A stretch of 24,000 bases of DNA from sequence record MN882610.1. The stretch is one strand, 5' to 3'. The position numbers were made by a program, and so were the translations under genes. The stretch is from Enterobacter phage vB_EclM_CIP9. Positions 1-8,757 of this stretch are shown here, in pieces (position 1 is the first letter of the stretch; the number at the start of each line of letters is the position of its first letter). The notes beneath the pieces are model-generated. The model was not told where the DNA came from. It searched no databases and worked only from the letters and a program-made list of their open reading frames with translations.

Positions 1-185
1 TATGGGGTGAATGGTCTCGTGTGTTAACTTCTCAGTTACCACCAACTCCATCGGAAATTGGTGCTGTTGCTTCTTCAGGTTCAGCGTTCAACAACTTGAG
101 AATTCGTGATTGGCTGCAAATTGGTAACGTTCGTATAGAGCCAGACCAAGCAACGCAGACCGTTAAATTCACTTGGATTCCATAA
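1..185 (+). CDS. 34: Proximal long tail fibre subunit gp34, C-terminal end only
   Basis: Frame 3 is open from the left edge to TAA at 183-185: WGEWSRVLTSQLPPTPSEIGAVASSGSAFNNLRIRDWLQIGNVRIEPDQATQTVKFTWIP*. Lies directly upstream of gene 35, as in T4. Confidence 0.8.
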   Translation, partial: WGEWSRVLTSQLPPTPSEIGAVASSGSAFNNLRIRDWLQIGNVRIEPDQATQTVKFTWIP

Positions 186-193
186 GAGGTAAT

Positions 194-1312
194 ATGGAAA
201 AATATATGGCTGGCTTTGGACAGGGATTTGTCCAAGCCACTATTCTATCTGAAAATAATGCGGTGAAATACCGCATTAGTGCTTCTGGAAGTTGCACTAA
301 AAGTACAGTTCGTCCTTACATAAAAGTTCAGGACCAGCCTATTTCTATATTAGTGCGTCCTGGACTTAATGTCTACATTTTTAATACAACAACTTTAACT
401 ATAGAAGAAACCAAAAATTATATGTTTACAAATGACGCTTCTTCTAGTAACGAAGCCTTTATAACATATATGGATTCTCTCCCACCAGGCAAATTAGCTA
501 TATTTTTGTCTGAAGGAAAGCTTAATACTGATGATGCTTTAGTTTCATGGTTTAAATCTAGAAACTCTACGGCTTGGCCTTCTAAGTTTGATGTCACTAA
601 TTTTGATGCGGCCTATACGGCGTTCTATATGACGTCTAAGGCAACTATCACATCAGAACATGTAATATTCAATGATGGGGTTAAAAATGAGCCTATAGAA
701 CCCCTGATTGACGTAGTGTATGATTATTACTCTGACATAGGAGCCACAGGGTTTCCTAAGAGAATATTTGAATTTGCCGAAGAAGCGAGACCGACTGAAA
801 CAGGTCTAGCAATAATTAGACTTCCTACTACTGAATTGCAGACACCATTGGCTGATTATAATCTTAAAAGTGGTGATGTTGTTTATTTTAAATTGCAACT
901 TCTTATAGATACAACCGATCCGTCAGGAATCCCAACCGGAACTACTCGAGCATCGGTTAGATTTTTTAATGAAACTGCTTTAGTTAGTGATACTACTATA
1001 GAAGCCAACATATTAAATTTAGGCGAATGGCAATTGTTTGAAAGAGATATAACTATTCCTGAAGGAGCTACAAGCTTTACGGTATACGTATCTCGTCAGA
1101 GTACAAATGACATTGCTGCTGCCAGAAATTTAGTTATGACTGAAACTTCTAGATACCGCTATCCTTTGATGCGTTCATCGGAATTTGGTGTCAACGGTAT
1201 CAGAAACAACGTATTGATGGAAGATGTTCCAAACGATGAGCTTCTTATTCTTAAAAATACAGATGCTGATGACCGTGGTATTGTCCGAAGTGCAGAGTTT
1301 CGTGAGGTATAA
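194..1312 (+). CDS. 35: Long tail fibre hinge connector gp35
   Basis: MEKYMAGF..., ending ...AEFGVNGIR...-type and GIVRSAEFREV, resembling T4 gp35 (..AEFGVNGIRVNY..., ..GKVFGQEFREV). SD agaggt at 185-190. The track start at 173 is an upstream extension. Confidence 0.93.
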   Translation: MEKYMAGFGQGFVQATILSENNAVKYRISASGSCTKSTVRPYIKVQDQPISILVRPGLNVYIFNTTTLTIEETKNYMFTNDASSSNEAFITYMDSLPPGKLAIFLSEGKLNTDDALVSWFKSRNSTAWPSKFDVTNFDAAYTAFYMTSKATITSEHVIFNDGVKNEPIEPLIDVVYDYYSDIGATGFPKRIFEFAEEARPTETGLAIIRLPTTELQTPLADYNLKSGDVVYFKLQLLIDTTDPSGIPTGTTRASVRFFNETALVSDTTIEANILNLGEWQLFERDITIPEGATSFTVYVSRQSTNDIAAARNLVMTETSRYRYPLMRSSEFGVNGIRNNVLMEDVPNDELLILKNTDADDRGIVRSAEFREV

Positions 1313-1330
1313 GGGCTTCGGCCCTTTTTT
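1311..1330 (+). terminator. Intrinsic terminator after gene 35
   Basis: AAGGGC TTCG GCCCTT followed by T-run; overlaps the gene 35 stop. Confidence 0.85.
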
Positions 1331-1332
1331 GG

Positions 1333-1340
1333 TATAAATA
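1333..1340 (+). promoter_or_regulatory. T4-type late promoter (TATAAATA) for gene 36/37
   Basis: Exact TATAAATA immediately 3' of the terminator and 25 bp 5' of the gene 36 ATG. Confidence 0.85.
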
Positions 1341-1364
1341 CGGCTATACTTTAAGGAGAATACT

Positions 1365-2024
1365 ATGGCCGATTTAAAAGCTGGCACTACTATAGGTGGA
1401 GCGATTGCCTGGCACCAAGGCAACTTCCCTCTAAAGGCAGTTACAGATGACGTCTATTACAAAGACTATAAAATTTATACGACTTACAATAAACCTCAGG
1501 CTATAGATAACGATTTCGTTTCTAAAGCTCAAGGTGGTGCTTATTTAAAGTCCGTCGATTTTATTGAAGGGTTAAATATACTTGATAACACTGGATATAA
1601 AATAAAAATTGGAATAAACAATGCAGGCTCTTCACCTATGCATGCTTATTCTGCTTCTATTAGAATTAAAGATTCACTTGCAATCGAAACTGATTCAGGA
1701 CAACCATTTATTTTATTTGACCCTAGTACTGATATGGCTAAAGCCAGATTAACAGTAATGGGGAATATTTTAGCAAGATATATTAATGACGAGAGTGGAC
1801 GCGTATTCTCTCCAGGGAACCCTCCTACTCCAACTGATGTATCACTTGGCAATGTCACGAACGACGCCCAGGTTAAGGTAGCCTTTACAGGATTACAAAC
1901 TATGGCAGGTCCTTTGGCTTCACCTAATTTAATTTCATTGAACCCGGCTTCTTTGCCAGAACATGTACCTCGTCTTTCTCAGGTTATTGTTAAGGGTACA
2001 ATTATCGACTTTGGAACTTTCTAA
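1365..2024 (+). CDS. 36: Small distal long tail fibre subunit gp36
   Basis: N-terminus MADLKAGTTIGGAIAWHQGNFPL and C-terminus NPASLPEHVPRLSQVIVKG..DFG resemble T4 gp36. SD aaggag. Confidence 0.95.
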   Translation: MADLKAGTTIGGAIAWHQGNFPLKAVTDDVYYKDYKIYTTYNKPQAIDNDFVSKAQGGAYLKSVDFIEGLNILDNTGYKIKIGINNAGSSPMHAYSASIRIKDSLAIETDSGQPFILFDPSTDMAKARLTVMGNILARYINDESGRVFSPGNPPTPTDVSLGNVTNDAQVKVAFTGLQTMAGPLASPNLISLNPASLPEHVPRLSQVIVKGTIIDFGTF

Positions 2025-2033
2025 GAAGGTCAT

Positions 2034-4562
2034 ATGGCAGATTTAAAACAAATACAATTTAAGCGTTCTAAAACAGCAGGCGCCAGACCAACAACAGCTC
2101 AAATTGCTGAAGGCGAACTTGCTATTAACCTTAAAGATCGCACATTTTTTACTAGCGATGGTACTCAAATTATAGATCTTGGTCTTGCTAAAGGCGGCCA
2201 GATTGATGGTAATATTACTCAGACCGGTAATTACACCCAGACTGGTAATTTCAGTACTTCTGGGGATATTTCAGCTCGTAATTTAAACGCCACTACCGGT
2301 GTTACTGCTGGTGCTGAAGTTGTTTCAAATATAGGTGCATTTAGAGCAAAAGCTACTAGCTCTTCAAATGCTCATTTACGCTTCCAAGGCGAAGAAGTTG
2401 CAGCTTCTAAAATCTATGAACGCGGTATTTTATACGCAGATCCACAAACTGCTTCTTACGGGCAAATTGCATTACGTGTTCAAAATGGCTCTGCCGCTGA
2501 TAGTGCGAACGCAGTATTTTTCTGGAATGGGCGGGGTGATTTCACTGCACCAAGAGATGTATATGCACAACGTTCTCGTCTGAGCATCGAATCTATTGCT
2601 CCTACTATGAACACTAATCGCCTTTTTACTGCATATAAGCCTTTTGGTGCACAGCAATATAGTTGGGACGACTCAGTAACTTACACAAAGGCCACAGGTG
2701 CTTTAAACTATGTGTATAAAGGTCGCGCAAATATAGAAGGGACTATTTGGCATAACATTATTGATGAAAGAACCGGTGCAGAGAATGTTTGGTACACGGG
2801 TTCTGGTCCTGAAAATAAAATGCATTCTTTAGCGAGTCGCGGCGGCAAAGGACACGGTTCTTATACCGGCTCTTTAATGATCGGTGCTAATAATCTCGGA
2901 GAATACTCTGGAATGGGGGATTCTTCTATAGCCCTTGGTGATAACGATACTGGATTTAAATGGACCGGTGATGGTGCTTTTAGTATTATGTCAAATGCCC
3001 AGAAAATAGTTGACATATATAACTCTGCCACAAAACCGTTTTATATTAAAAAATGTACTAAAATAGCACATAGTGATAATAATTCAGATAATTTGTTCCC
3101 ATCAAATAATAATGCTTTATTAGAAATTGACACTTCATTAGACGGAAATAATGCTGGTGGTAATGGCGTAACTCTTATTGGGTACAACTCTGGAAGTAGG
3201 TATTATCATTATTTCCGCGGCCGCGGAAGTGCAAATTTTGATATGGATAATGGTGTATACATAAGTAAAGGCGGATTGTCAGTTACTGGCAATATATCAT
3301 CTACTGGTCAGGTTCAGCCTTCTAACTTTAGTAACTTTGATTCTCGCTATCAGAATTTGCTACAACTTGGTGGCAATGTTAACTTAGATACGTTAGCTGG
3401 GGCTGACCATGCCGGTGAATATGCCCAGCACTCTAATGTAAACACATCTTTAGCTTTGAACTATCCTGAAGCACTCGCAGGTCATTTAACAGTTACTTCT
3501 GGTGCGGGTGTTCAACAAAGATACCATGTTTATAACAGCACCCGTGTGTATTTACGTGCGAAATATAGTTCTGACTCATGGCGCCCATGGGACCGGGTAG
3601 TAACAGAAGATTATTTAAAAACTGGAATTCCTGCGCAGTTTGTATCTAAAAACTCTGATGGTTTCCGTATTGCATATGGTAGCTACGGGTTCTTTATCCG
3701 TAACGATGGTGGCAGTACTTATTTCATGTTGACCAACTCTGGCGACCAAATGGGTACTTGGAACAATCTTCGCCCGTTAATTATAAACAACTCGACAGGC
3801 CAAGTTACTATTGCTACTCCATTAATTGTATCTCATTCTTCTGGACTTACAGTAAATAGCACGGCGGGTGATGCTATTTCATGGGGTAATGCAGGTGCTT
3901 GTTTAGCAAACGATGGTAACTTAAAAGGTTCACGCTGGAAATCTTTTGGCGGTTCTGATTGGGCGGGTGATGCTTTAAGCTGGGTTCACGGTCAAAACGT
4001 TTCTAAGTCTGGCGATACTATGACCGGCGCATTAAGAGTTACTAACTGGATTAGTGCCGATAACGTTAGGACTTATAATGATATAGAATTAAGTAAAAAC
4101 GCTCGTCGACATATAAGATTTCAGGATTCTAGGGGTGCAGATGCATATATCTATAAAGATGCTGGAGCGAATCCGCTTAGAATTAATTTAGGTGCCGATG
4201 GTGGAGATTGGCAATTCCAGGTAGGTGGGACTTTTTACGCTAGCGGTAATGGTGATTTCAACGATGTTAGAATTCGTTCTGATATAAGATTGAAAACTAA
4301 TTTAGTTAAAATAGAAAGTGCTACTGATAAAATAGAAAAGCTAAATGGCTACGTCTATGATAAAAAACAATCTTTACATGATTCAGAGTACAACTCTCAA
4401 GAAGCCGGATTGATTGCGCAAGAATTAGAAAAAGTACTTCCTGAAGCGGTTTCAGAACTTTCTGACGGAACTAAAACTATTTCTAGTTCTGCAACCATAG
4501 CGCTTTTAGTAGAAAGTATTAAAGAGCTTAATTCTAGAATTAAAGAACTTGAATCTAAATAA
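2034..4562 (+). CDS. 37: Large distal long tail fibre subunit gp37 with C-terminal S74/intramolecular chaperone domain
   Basis: N-terminus MADLKQIQFKRSKTAGARPTTAQIAEGELAINLKDRTFFT resembles T4 gp37. C-terminus SDIRLKTN...GLIAQELEKVLPEAV is typical of the endosialidase-chaperone (peptidase S74) family. Confidence 0.95.
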   Translation: MADLKQIQFKRSKTAGARPTTAQIAEGELAINLKDRTFFTSDGTQIIDLGLAKGGQIDGNITQTGNYTQTGNFSTSGDISARNLNATTGVTAGAEVVSNIGAFRAKATSSSNAHLRFQGEEVAASKIYERGILYADPQTASYGQIALRVQNGSAADSANAVFFWNGRGDFTAPRDVYAQRSRLSIESIAPTMNTNRLFTAYKPFGAQQYSWDDSVTYTKATGALNYVYKGRANIEGTIWHNIIDERTGAENVWYTGSGPENKMHSLASRGGKGHGSYTGSLMIGANNLGEYSGMGDSSIALGDNDTGFKWTGDGAFSIMSNAQKIVDIYNSATKPFYIKKCTKIAHSDNNSDNLFPSNNNALLEIDTSLDGNNAGGNGVTLIGYNSGSRYYHYFRGRGSANFDMDNGVYISKGGLSVTGNISSTGQVQPSNFSNFDSRYQNLLQLGGNVNLDTLAGADHAGEYAQHSNVNTSLALNYPEALAGHLTVTSGAGVQQRYHVYNSTRVYLRAKYSSDSWRPWDRVVTEDYLKTGIPAQFVSKNSDGFRIAYGSYGFFIRNDGGSTYFMLTNSGDQMGTWNNLRPLIINNSTGQVTIATPLIVSHSSGLTVNSTAGDAISWGNAGACLANDGNLKGSRWKSFGGSDWAGDALSWVHGQNVSKSGDTMTGALRVTNWISADNVRTYNDIELSKNARRHIRFQDSRGADAYIYKDAGANPLRINLGADGGDWQFQVGGTFYASGNGDFNDVRIRSDIRLKTNLVKIESATDKIEKLNGYVYDKKQSLHDSEYNSQEAGLIAQELEKVLPEAVSELSDGTKTISSSATIALLVESIKELNSRIKELESK

Positions 4563-4568
4563 ATTAAG

Positions 4569-4585
4569 AGGGGCGTAAAGCCCCT
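4569..4585 (+). other. Stem-loop between genes 37 and 38 without T-tract
   Basis: AGGGGC-gtaaa-GCCCCT, immediately 5' of the gene 38 SD (gagg). Confidence 0.6.
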
Positions 4586-4596
4586 GAGGATTTAAT

Positions 4597-5373
4597 ATGG
4601 CAGTAACAGGCCCTATGGTTGGCAGTTCAGCTAAAAACGAGACTGATAAAGAATGGATGTCGCAAGCCGGAACAGTATTAAGAATGACCATACCGTTTAT
4701 GATGTCTTCTATGATTGGGCGCTCTAAAGAAATAACAATTACTTTAGGGTCCAATCATTCATATGATAGAAATGACCTGATTAATAAACTTCGTGCATTA
4801 GGTTCTACACCTGCAGTGGTTGTTATTTCAGGTGATTTAGTTGCTCAAAATACTGGTGTTCCTTGTTTAGAATTTCCATCTAACTTACCTAACGAATATG
4901 TTCATTTACGAGTTAATGCTAACGTATATGGTAGGGGTGGTGCAGGTAACAGCAATGGACAATATTCAGGGCAAAATGGTGGTCCTGCAATTTTAAATAG
5001 TTTCGGAACACGTCTTCGCATAGAAAATAATGCTGCTATTTGTGGTGGCGGTGGCGGTGGCGGTGGTGTCCAATTAACAAGTGTAGTTTCTGGTGGTTCA
5101 GGTGGTAGACCATTCGGGGCGGCTGGTATAGCATCTGGTCGAGATTCACATGATGGTATAGCAGCAACCTTAACCGCGCCTGGTCCAACTCCTCCACGAA
5201 CTCGTTATAATACTACTGGCGGCGCAGGTGGTGATGTTGGCCGTCCGGGTGCTTCCGGTACTAATGGCGGCGGTAATGTTACTAACCTTCCAGGTGGTGC
5301 AGCCGGAGCCGCGCTGTATGGAAATGCCCCAACTTGGATTAAAGTCGGTAATGTTTATGGGTCTCGTTTATAA
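4597..5373 (+). CDS. 38: T2-type gp38 receptor-recognising adhesin with glycine-rich motifs
   Basis: 258 aa; N-terminus MAVTGPMVGSSAKNETDKEWMSQAGTVLRMTIPFMMSSMIG; several Gly-rich stretches (GGGGGGGG, GGSGG, GGAGG, NGGGN, PGGAAG). Position between 37 and t. Confidence 0.88.
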   Translation: MAVTGPMVGSSAKNETDKEWMSQAGTVLRMTIPFMMSSMIGRSKEITITLGSNHSYDRNDLINKLRALGSTPAVVVISGDLVAQNTGVPCLEFPSNLPNEYVHLRVNANVYGRGGAGNSNGQYSGQNGGPAILNSFGTRLRIENNAAICGGGGGGGGVQLTSVVSGGSGGRPFGAAGIASGRDSHDGIAATLTAPGPTPPRTRYNTTGGAGGDVGRPGASGTNGGGNVTNLPGGAAGAALYGNAPTWIKVGNVYGSRL

Positions 5374-5376
5374 ATA
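5369..5376 (+). promoter_or_regulatory. T4-type late promoter (TATAAATA) for holin t
   Basis: Exact TATAAATA overlapping the gene 38 stop codon, 22 bp upstream of the t ATG. Confidence 0.8.
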
Positions 5377-5397
5377 AAGTAAACAAAGGAGAAACTT

Positions 5398-6045
5398 ATG
5401 GCCATGCCAAGTATTTCCATTGTAGACTTAGTATTTGGCGTGCTTGACCGACTCTTTAAAGATACGACGGGTAAAGTCCCTTTTACCCGTATTCTTTCTG
5501 TTATACTATTATTTGTTATGGCCGTTATTTGGTACAAAGGCCCTGAGCTGATGACCATTTATAAGGAATCTCGTTACGAAATTTATTCTGCTATGCAGCA
5601 AAAGATTGGTGACGAAAAGTTTGATAAGACTGTTCGCGAACAAGTCCAAATAGTTAATGTCTCCAGTGGAGCAGATTTTACAGCAGTATATGCATTTCGA
5701 CCAGTAAACAAAAACTTTTTTGTTGACATGGTCGCTTATGAAGGCGTTCTACCATCTAGTGTGAACGAACTTAACTTAGGCGGGTATCCAATTGACAAAT
5801 CGTCAGCTGAATATATTAGACATGTAAATGGAGAATATTTTAGTTCAAATACAGAATCAATCTTCCTTCCAACTAAAAAGAAAACTGACTTCAACTTCAT
5901 GTTTTCTTGTCCCTACTTCAATCTGGACAATAATTATGCTGGGAACATCAGTTTGATGTGGTATAATGATGTTCCCAGATATAGTAATGAAAGGTTGCAA
6001 GCTATTTGTGCGCCAGCAGCCCGTCTGATAGGTCGTTCACGTTAG
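5398..6045 (+). CDS. t: Holin (T4 t-like)
   Basis: DLVFGVLDRLFKDTTGKV..., one N-terminal hydrophobic segment, FMFSCPYFNLDNNYAG..., ending QAICAPAARLIGRSR; strong match to recalled T4 holin. Confidence 0.97.
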   Translation: MAMPSISIVDLVFGVLDRLFKDTTGKVPFTRILSVILLFVMAVIWYKGPELMTIYKESRYEIYSAMQQKIGDEKFDKTVREQVQIVNVSSGADFTAVYAFRPVNKNFFVDMVAYEGVLPSSVNELNLGGYPIDKSSAEYIRHVNGEYFSSNTESIFLPTKKKTDFNFMFSCPYFNLDNNYAGNISLMWYNDVPRYSNERLQAICAPAARLIGRSR

Positions 6046-6317
6046 AAATTGGAGGCATACATCATTAAATAACGGTGTATGTCTTCATACCCTTCATTGA
6101 ATTGCTCGATTAACAATTCACGCTCATCTTCAGATAGTTCACGGAAAAGTTTATTGAAAGATAGATTAGTGAGCTCACGCCCTGTTTCAGTTCTAATTCC
6201 TAACTCATTCAAAAATGCAATGAAGTTATCCTTTTTCCACATCACATCTTCACAATCCGTTTTAATCAAAATGGAAACAATAGTAGCAATTTCAGAAACG
6301 ATTTCAAATTTAGTCAT
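6042..6317 (-). CDS. asiA: Anti-sigma70 protein AsiA
   Basis: 91 aa: ..EIATIVSILIKTDCEDVMWKKDNFIAFLNELGIR....LTNLSFNKLFRELSEDERELLIEQFNEGYEDIHRYLMMYAS, matches T4 AsiA pattern and location next to t. Confidence 0.95.
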   Translation of the reverse strand: MTKFEIVSEIATIVSILIKTDCEDVMWKKDNFIAFLNELGIRTETGRELTNLSFNKLFRELSEDERELLIEQFNEGYEDIHRYLMMYASNF

Positions 6318-6361
6318 TGTACATCCTACATCTTAATGGTATGCTTTGTTGGTATGAAAGT

Positions 6362-6390
6362 ATAGTATCATGTTACAAGGTGAATGTAAA
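6362..6390 (-). promoter_or_regulatory. Early promoter of asiA
   Basis: Minus strand GTTTACA-17 nt-TACTAT with TG at extended -10 (CATGATACTAT). Confidence 0.8.
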
Positions 6391-6738
6391 CCCAGTGCCT
6401 TTAGCATACTCTTTGAACTTTTCAACAACGCCGATAATAGCCTTCTTATCTTTAGCTTCCAGATAAACGCCACGGTTGTCTTCAGTGACATCCATATGTG
6501 TGGACAGGAAGTCAGGCCAGGACGCTTCGCGTTTATCGATATATAATCCAATCAAGCCTGAAATAAAACGTCCACGCGCTACAGAATCTTCACATCCTTC
6601 ACTTCTGACACATAACTCCAGCTTATGCACTGATACAATAGCCTGGGCCAGGTCGATAAATTCACGATACGCGTTTGATTCCTGTTCTGCTACAGAGCGT
6701 GCCATATCATTCCAGGCAGAGAAGTCGAATGTTTTCAT
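6373..6738 (-). CDS. Hypothetical early protein, 121 aa
   Basis: Open frame; start overlaps preceding stop (TAATG). Its 3' end overlaps the asiA promoter. Confidence 0.75.
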   Translation of the reverse strand: MKTFDFSAWNDMARSVAEQESNAYREFIDLAQAIVSVHKLELCVRSEGCEDSVARGRFISGLIGLYIDKREASWPDFLSTHMDVTEDNRGVYLEAKDKKAIIGVVEKFKEYAKGTGFTFTL

Positions 6739-7004
6739 TAGTAGTCCTCGAGTCCGTAGTCTTCAATGAGTTCATTCAGTTGTGCGCCAATCACAGAAAG
6801 GTCTGTATCTTCTTTGAACGCTACAATTTTAAAAACACCTTCATACAAATAATCCACTGCAGCGTCTTTAATACCGTACTGAGCGTCTTCAAGAATCCCA
6901 GCAATAACTTCATTAACGACGTTACGATGGATTTTCTTTTCGAACTCTTCTACCTTAACATTCCACCAAAGGCAGAACGGGATTGTTCCTTTATGAGTAA
7001 TCAT
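6738..7004 (-). CDS. Hypothetical early protein, 88 aa
   Basis: ATG with AAAGGT SD; TAATG coupling to the next ORF. Confidence 0.75.
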   Translation of the reverse strand: MITHKGTIPFCLWWNVKVEEFEKKIHRNVVNEVIAGILEDAQYGIKDAAVDYLYEGVFKIVAFKEDTDLSVIGAQLNELIEDYGLEDY

Positions 7005-7113
7005 GATCTTTACCTTTATGCTTCTGTTTACGTTGAGAATCGGAGGCAGCTTTCTTACGATCTTTGTGAGCGCCGCCTTTGTTGAAATCGTGTTTCGCTA
7101 CTGGGTTATTCAT
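6991..7113 (-). CDS. Very basic 40-aa protein
   Basis: Not in the track. Translation MNNPVAKHDFNKGGAHKDRKKAASDSQRKQKHKGKDHDYS*. SD agaggt upstream; overlaps neighbours on both sides. Confidence 0.65.
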   Translation of the reverse strand: MNNPVAKHDFNKGGAHKDRKKAASDSQRKQKHKGKDHDYS

Positions 7114-7303
7114 AATGCTTGATTACCTCTCTTAAACATAAACCTGTAAGACTAAAACGTTTGGCCACACCACACTCAATAATATGCTCTGAAAGCATAT
7201 TTACATCAGTATAACCAAGCTCTGTAATAAAGTATTTTATTGTTTCTTTATCACGAGAATTCAAACTATTAAAATAGTCGCTTTTCGTATAAAGAGTTCT
7301 CAT
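7106..7303 (-). CDS. Hypothetical early protein, 65 aa
   Basis: ATG at 7303 (track start at 7306 is TTG); SD gagg; [25 protein letters not shown]... Confidence 0.65.
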   Translation of the reverse strand: MRTLYTKSDYFNSLNSRDKETIKYFITELGYTDVNMLSEHIIECGVAKRFSLTGLCLREVIKHYE

Positions 7304-7707
7304 CAATAAAGGTCCTCGCTGAAAAGTTCATCTGCTGGTCCTGATTTAGGACGGACTTTGTTAATTTGTCCTGCGTGGGTAGCAATAACAAGAGCTTCTT
7401 CGCGAGTGAAGTATTCACCCCATTGATCAATAAAGCCTTGGTCATCGCCATGAACATGGTCATTAACTACTTTATCACGAACTTGGTCAATAACTTCAGC
7501 CATATCTTTCGAATAATGGCGTGAACCTGGGATTACGAGATAGCCACCAGTCTTAAGTTTAAAACGGTTCGCTGCACATACGATTCGACGTTGAAGCAGA
7601 CGACCATCCCACCAATCTGCAACCTTATAACAAATATTCAAACGTTGTTGTTCGGTTTCAATTCTAGACAAAACTGGCGCCTCTAAAGAAGATTTATAAG
7701 TAGTCAT
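7303..7707 (-). CDS. Conserved-looking phage hypothetical protein, 134 aa
   Basis: [11 protein letters not shown]... [12 protein letters not shown]...[25 protein letters not shown]...[14 protein letters not shown] overlap with upstream ORF; track start is four codons upstream. Confidence 0.75.
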   Translation of the reverse strand: MTTYKSSLEAPVLSRIETEQQRLNICYKVADWWDGRLLQRRIVCAANRFKLKTGGYLVIPGSRHYSKDMAEVIDQVRDKVVNDHVHGDDQGFIDQWGEYFTREEALVIATHAGQINKVRPKSGPADELFSEDLY

Positions 7708-8039
7708 TATTTGAACCACATCTTAACTCGCATCCATAAGGATTTCTGAGTAGCTTTATTAACACCGTACGAACGAATTACAGGCTGAGATTCTTGCAAT
7801 TCACGATAATCATCTTTAGCGATCTGTACAGCTTGAGGAATAAAGCTAGAGATCGCAGCCATGAAGTTCGTACGTTCGCCTAGCGGGCAAGAGGTATCAC
7901 AACGAACAATTTCATAAAGACCTGTCTTAACCTTAACGATAGTACCAAGATAAGCACCATGGAACCATACATCCCAACCTTCTTGGGTTGGCTCAACACA
8001 ACGACGGAGTTCGTTCAGGATTTCAATCTTGTTCATCAT
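7707..8039 (-). CDS. Hypothetical protein, 110 aa
   Basis: ATG with GAGG SD; coupled to flanking ORF. Confidence 0.75.
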   Translation of the reverse strand: MMNKIEILNELRRCVEPTQEGWDVWFHGAYLGTIVKVKTGLYEIVRCDTSCPLGERTNFMAAISSFIPQAVQIAKDDYRELQESQPVIRSYGVNKATQKSLWMRVKMWFK

Positions 8040-8046
8040 ACTTTCC

Positions 8047-8679
8047 TCAAATTGCGTTTACGATTACAGAGATGATGTCAGCCGTTACAGCTGGGAAATC
8101 GATGTAAGTGTTTTTGCCACCTACTTTAAACTTAACGTCATAGCCTAAAGAAGTAAAGATTTTAGCATCTTTATCAGACATGTTGTAACCGAAGATACGA
8201 AGTGAACCATCACGACGGATTTCGATTTGACGAATACCGAGAGTACGTTTTACGAACTGAATTTCAAGGTTGCTACGGTTTTCACGAATTTCTTTAAGAT
8301 CGATACGACCATCAAGACCGGCTACAACCAGATCGGCCAGTTCTTTCATAGTATCAGTTACACCACGAGCTGAACGAGTCTTACGTTTGGACAGCATTTC
8401 AGGAGCATTTTCAGATGCAAACAGATCAGCTGCAGCCTGAACGATGTCCATTGCTTCACCAGTAGCGATTAAACCGTCACCTGATTTTTCAATCAAACCT
8501 TTCTTAATCAGAACACCGATGTTGCTGTTTACAGAGCTTGCATTCATAGTTTCAGCCAGAGCTTCACGTACTTCGGCAGAAGTGATGTAGTTCTTTTTAA
8601 CAACCTGTACCAGGATTGCAGCAGTTTTTTCGTTCAGAACGTCGTTAGAAGCTTTGATGATGTAAGTTACTTTAGACAT
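8047..8679 (-). CDS. motA: Middle transcription activator MotA
   Basis: 210 aa; MSKVTYIIKASNDVLNEKTAAIL....TSAEVREAL....VNSNIGVLIKKGLIEKSGDGLI.TGEAMDI resembles the T4 MotA N-terminal domain. Confidence 0.96.
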   Translation of the reverse strand: MSKVTYIIKASNDVLNEKTAAILVQVVKKNYITSAEVREALAETMNASSVNSNIGVLIKKGLIEKSGDGLIATGEAMDIVQAAADLFASENAPEMLSKRKTRSARGVTDTMKELADLVVAGLDGRIDLKEIRENRSNLEIQFVKRTLGIRQIEIRRDGSLRIFGYNMSDKDAKIFTSLGYDVKFKVGGKNTYIDFPAVTADIISVIVNAI

Positions 8680-8724
8680 TTTAAATCTCCATTATGTTTT
8701 GTTCATTTCGTTTGGTATGAGAAG

Positions 8725-8753
8725 ATAATACCATGTTTTAATGCTGTTGTAAA
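8725..8753 (-). promoter_or_regulatory. Early promoter of motA
   Basis: TTTACA-17-TATTAT on minus strand, TG at extended -10. Confidence 0.8.
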
Positions 8754-8757
8754 CACC

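Noticed and set aside
32-235. Minus-strand 67-aa ORF
   Set aside because: Lies opposite the gene 34 end and gene 35 start; no SD or promoter.
2335-2657. ORFs 2335-2583 (+) and 2472-2657 (-) inside gene 37
   Set aside because: Out-of-frame or antisense to gp37.
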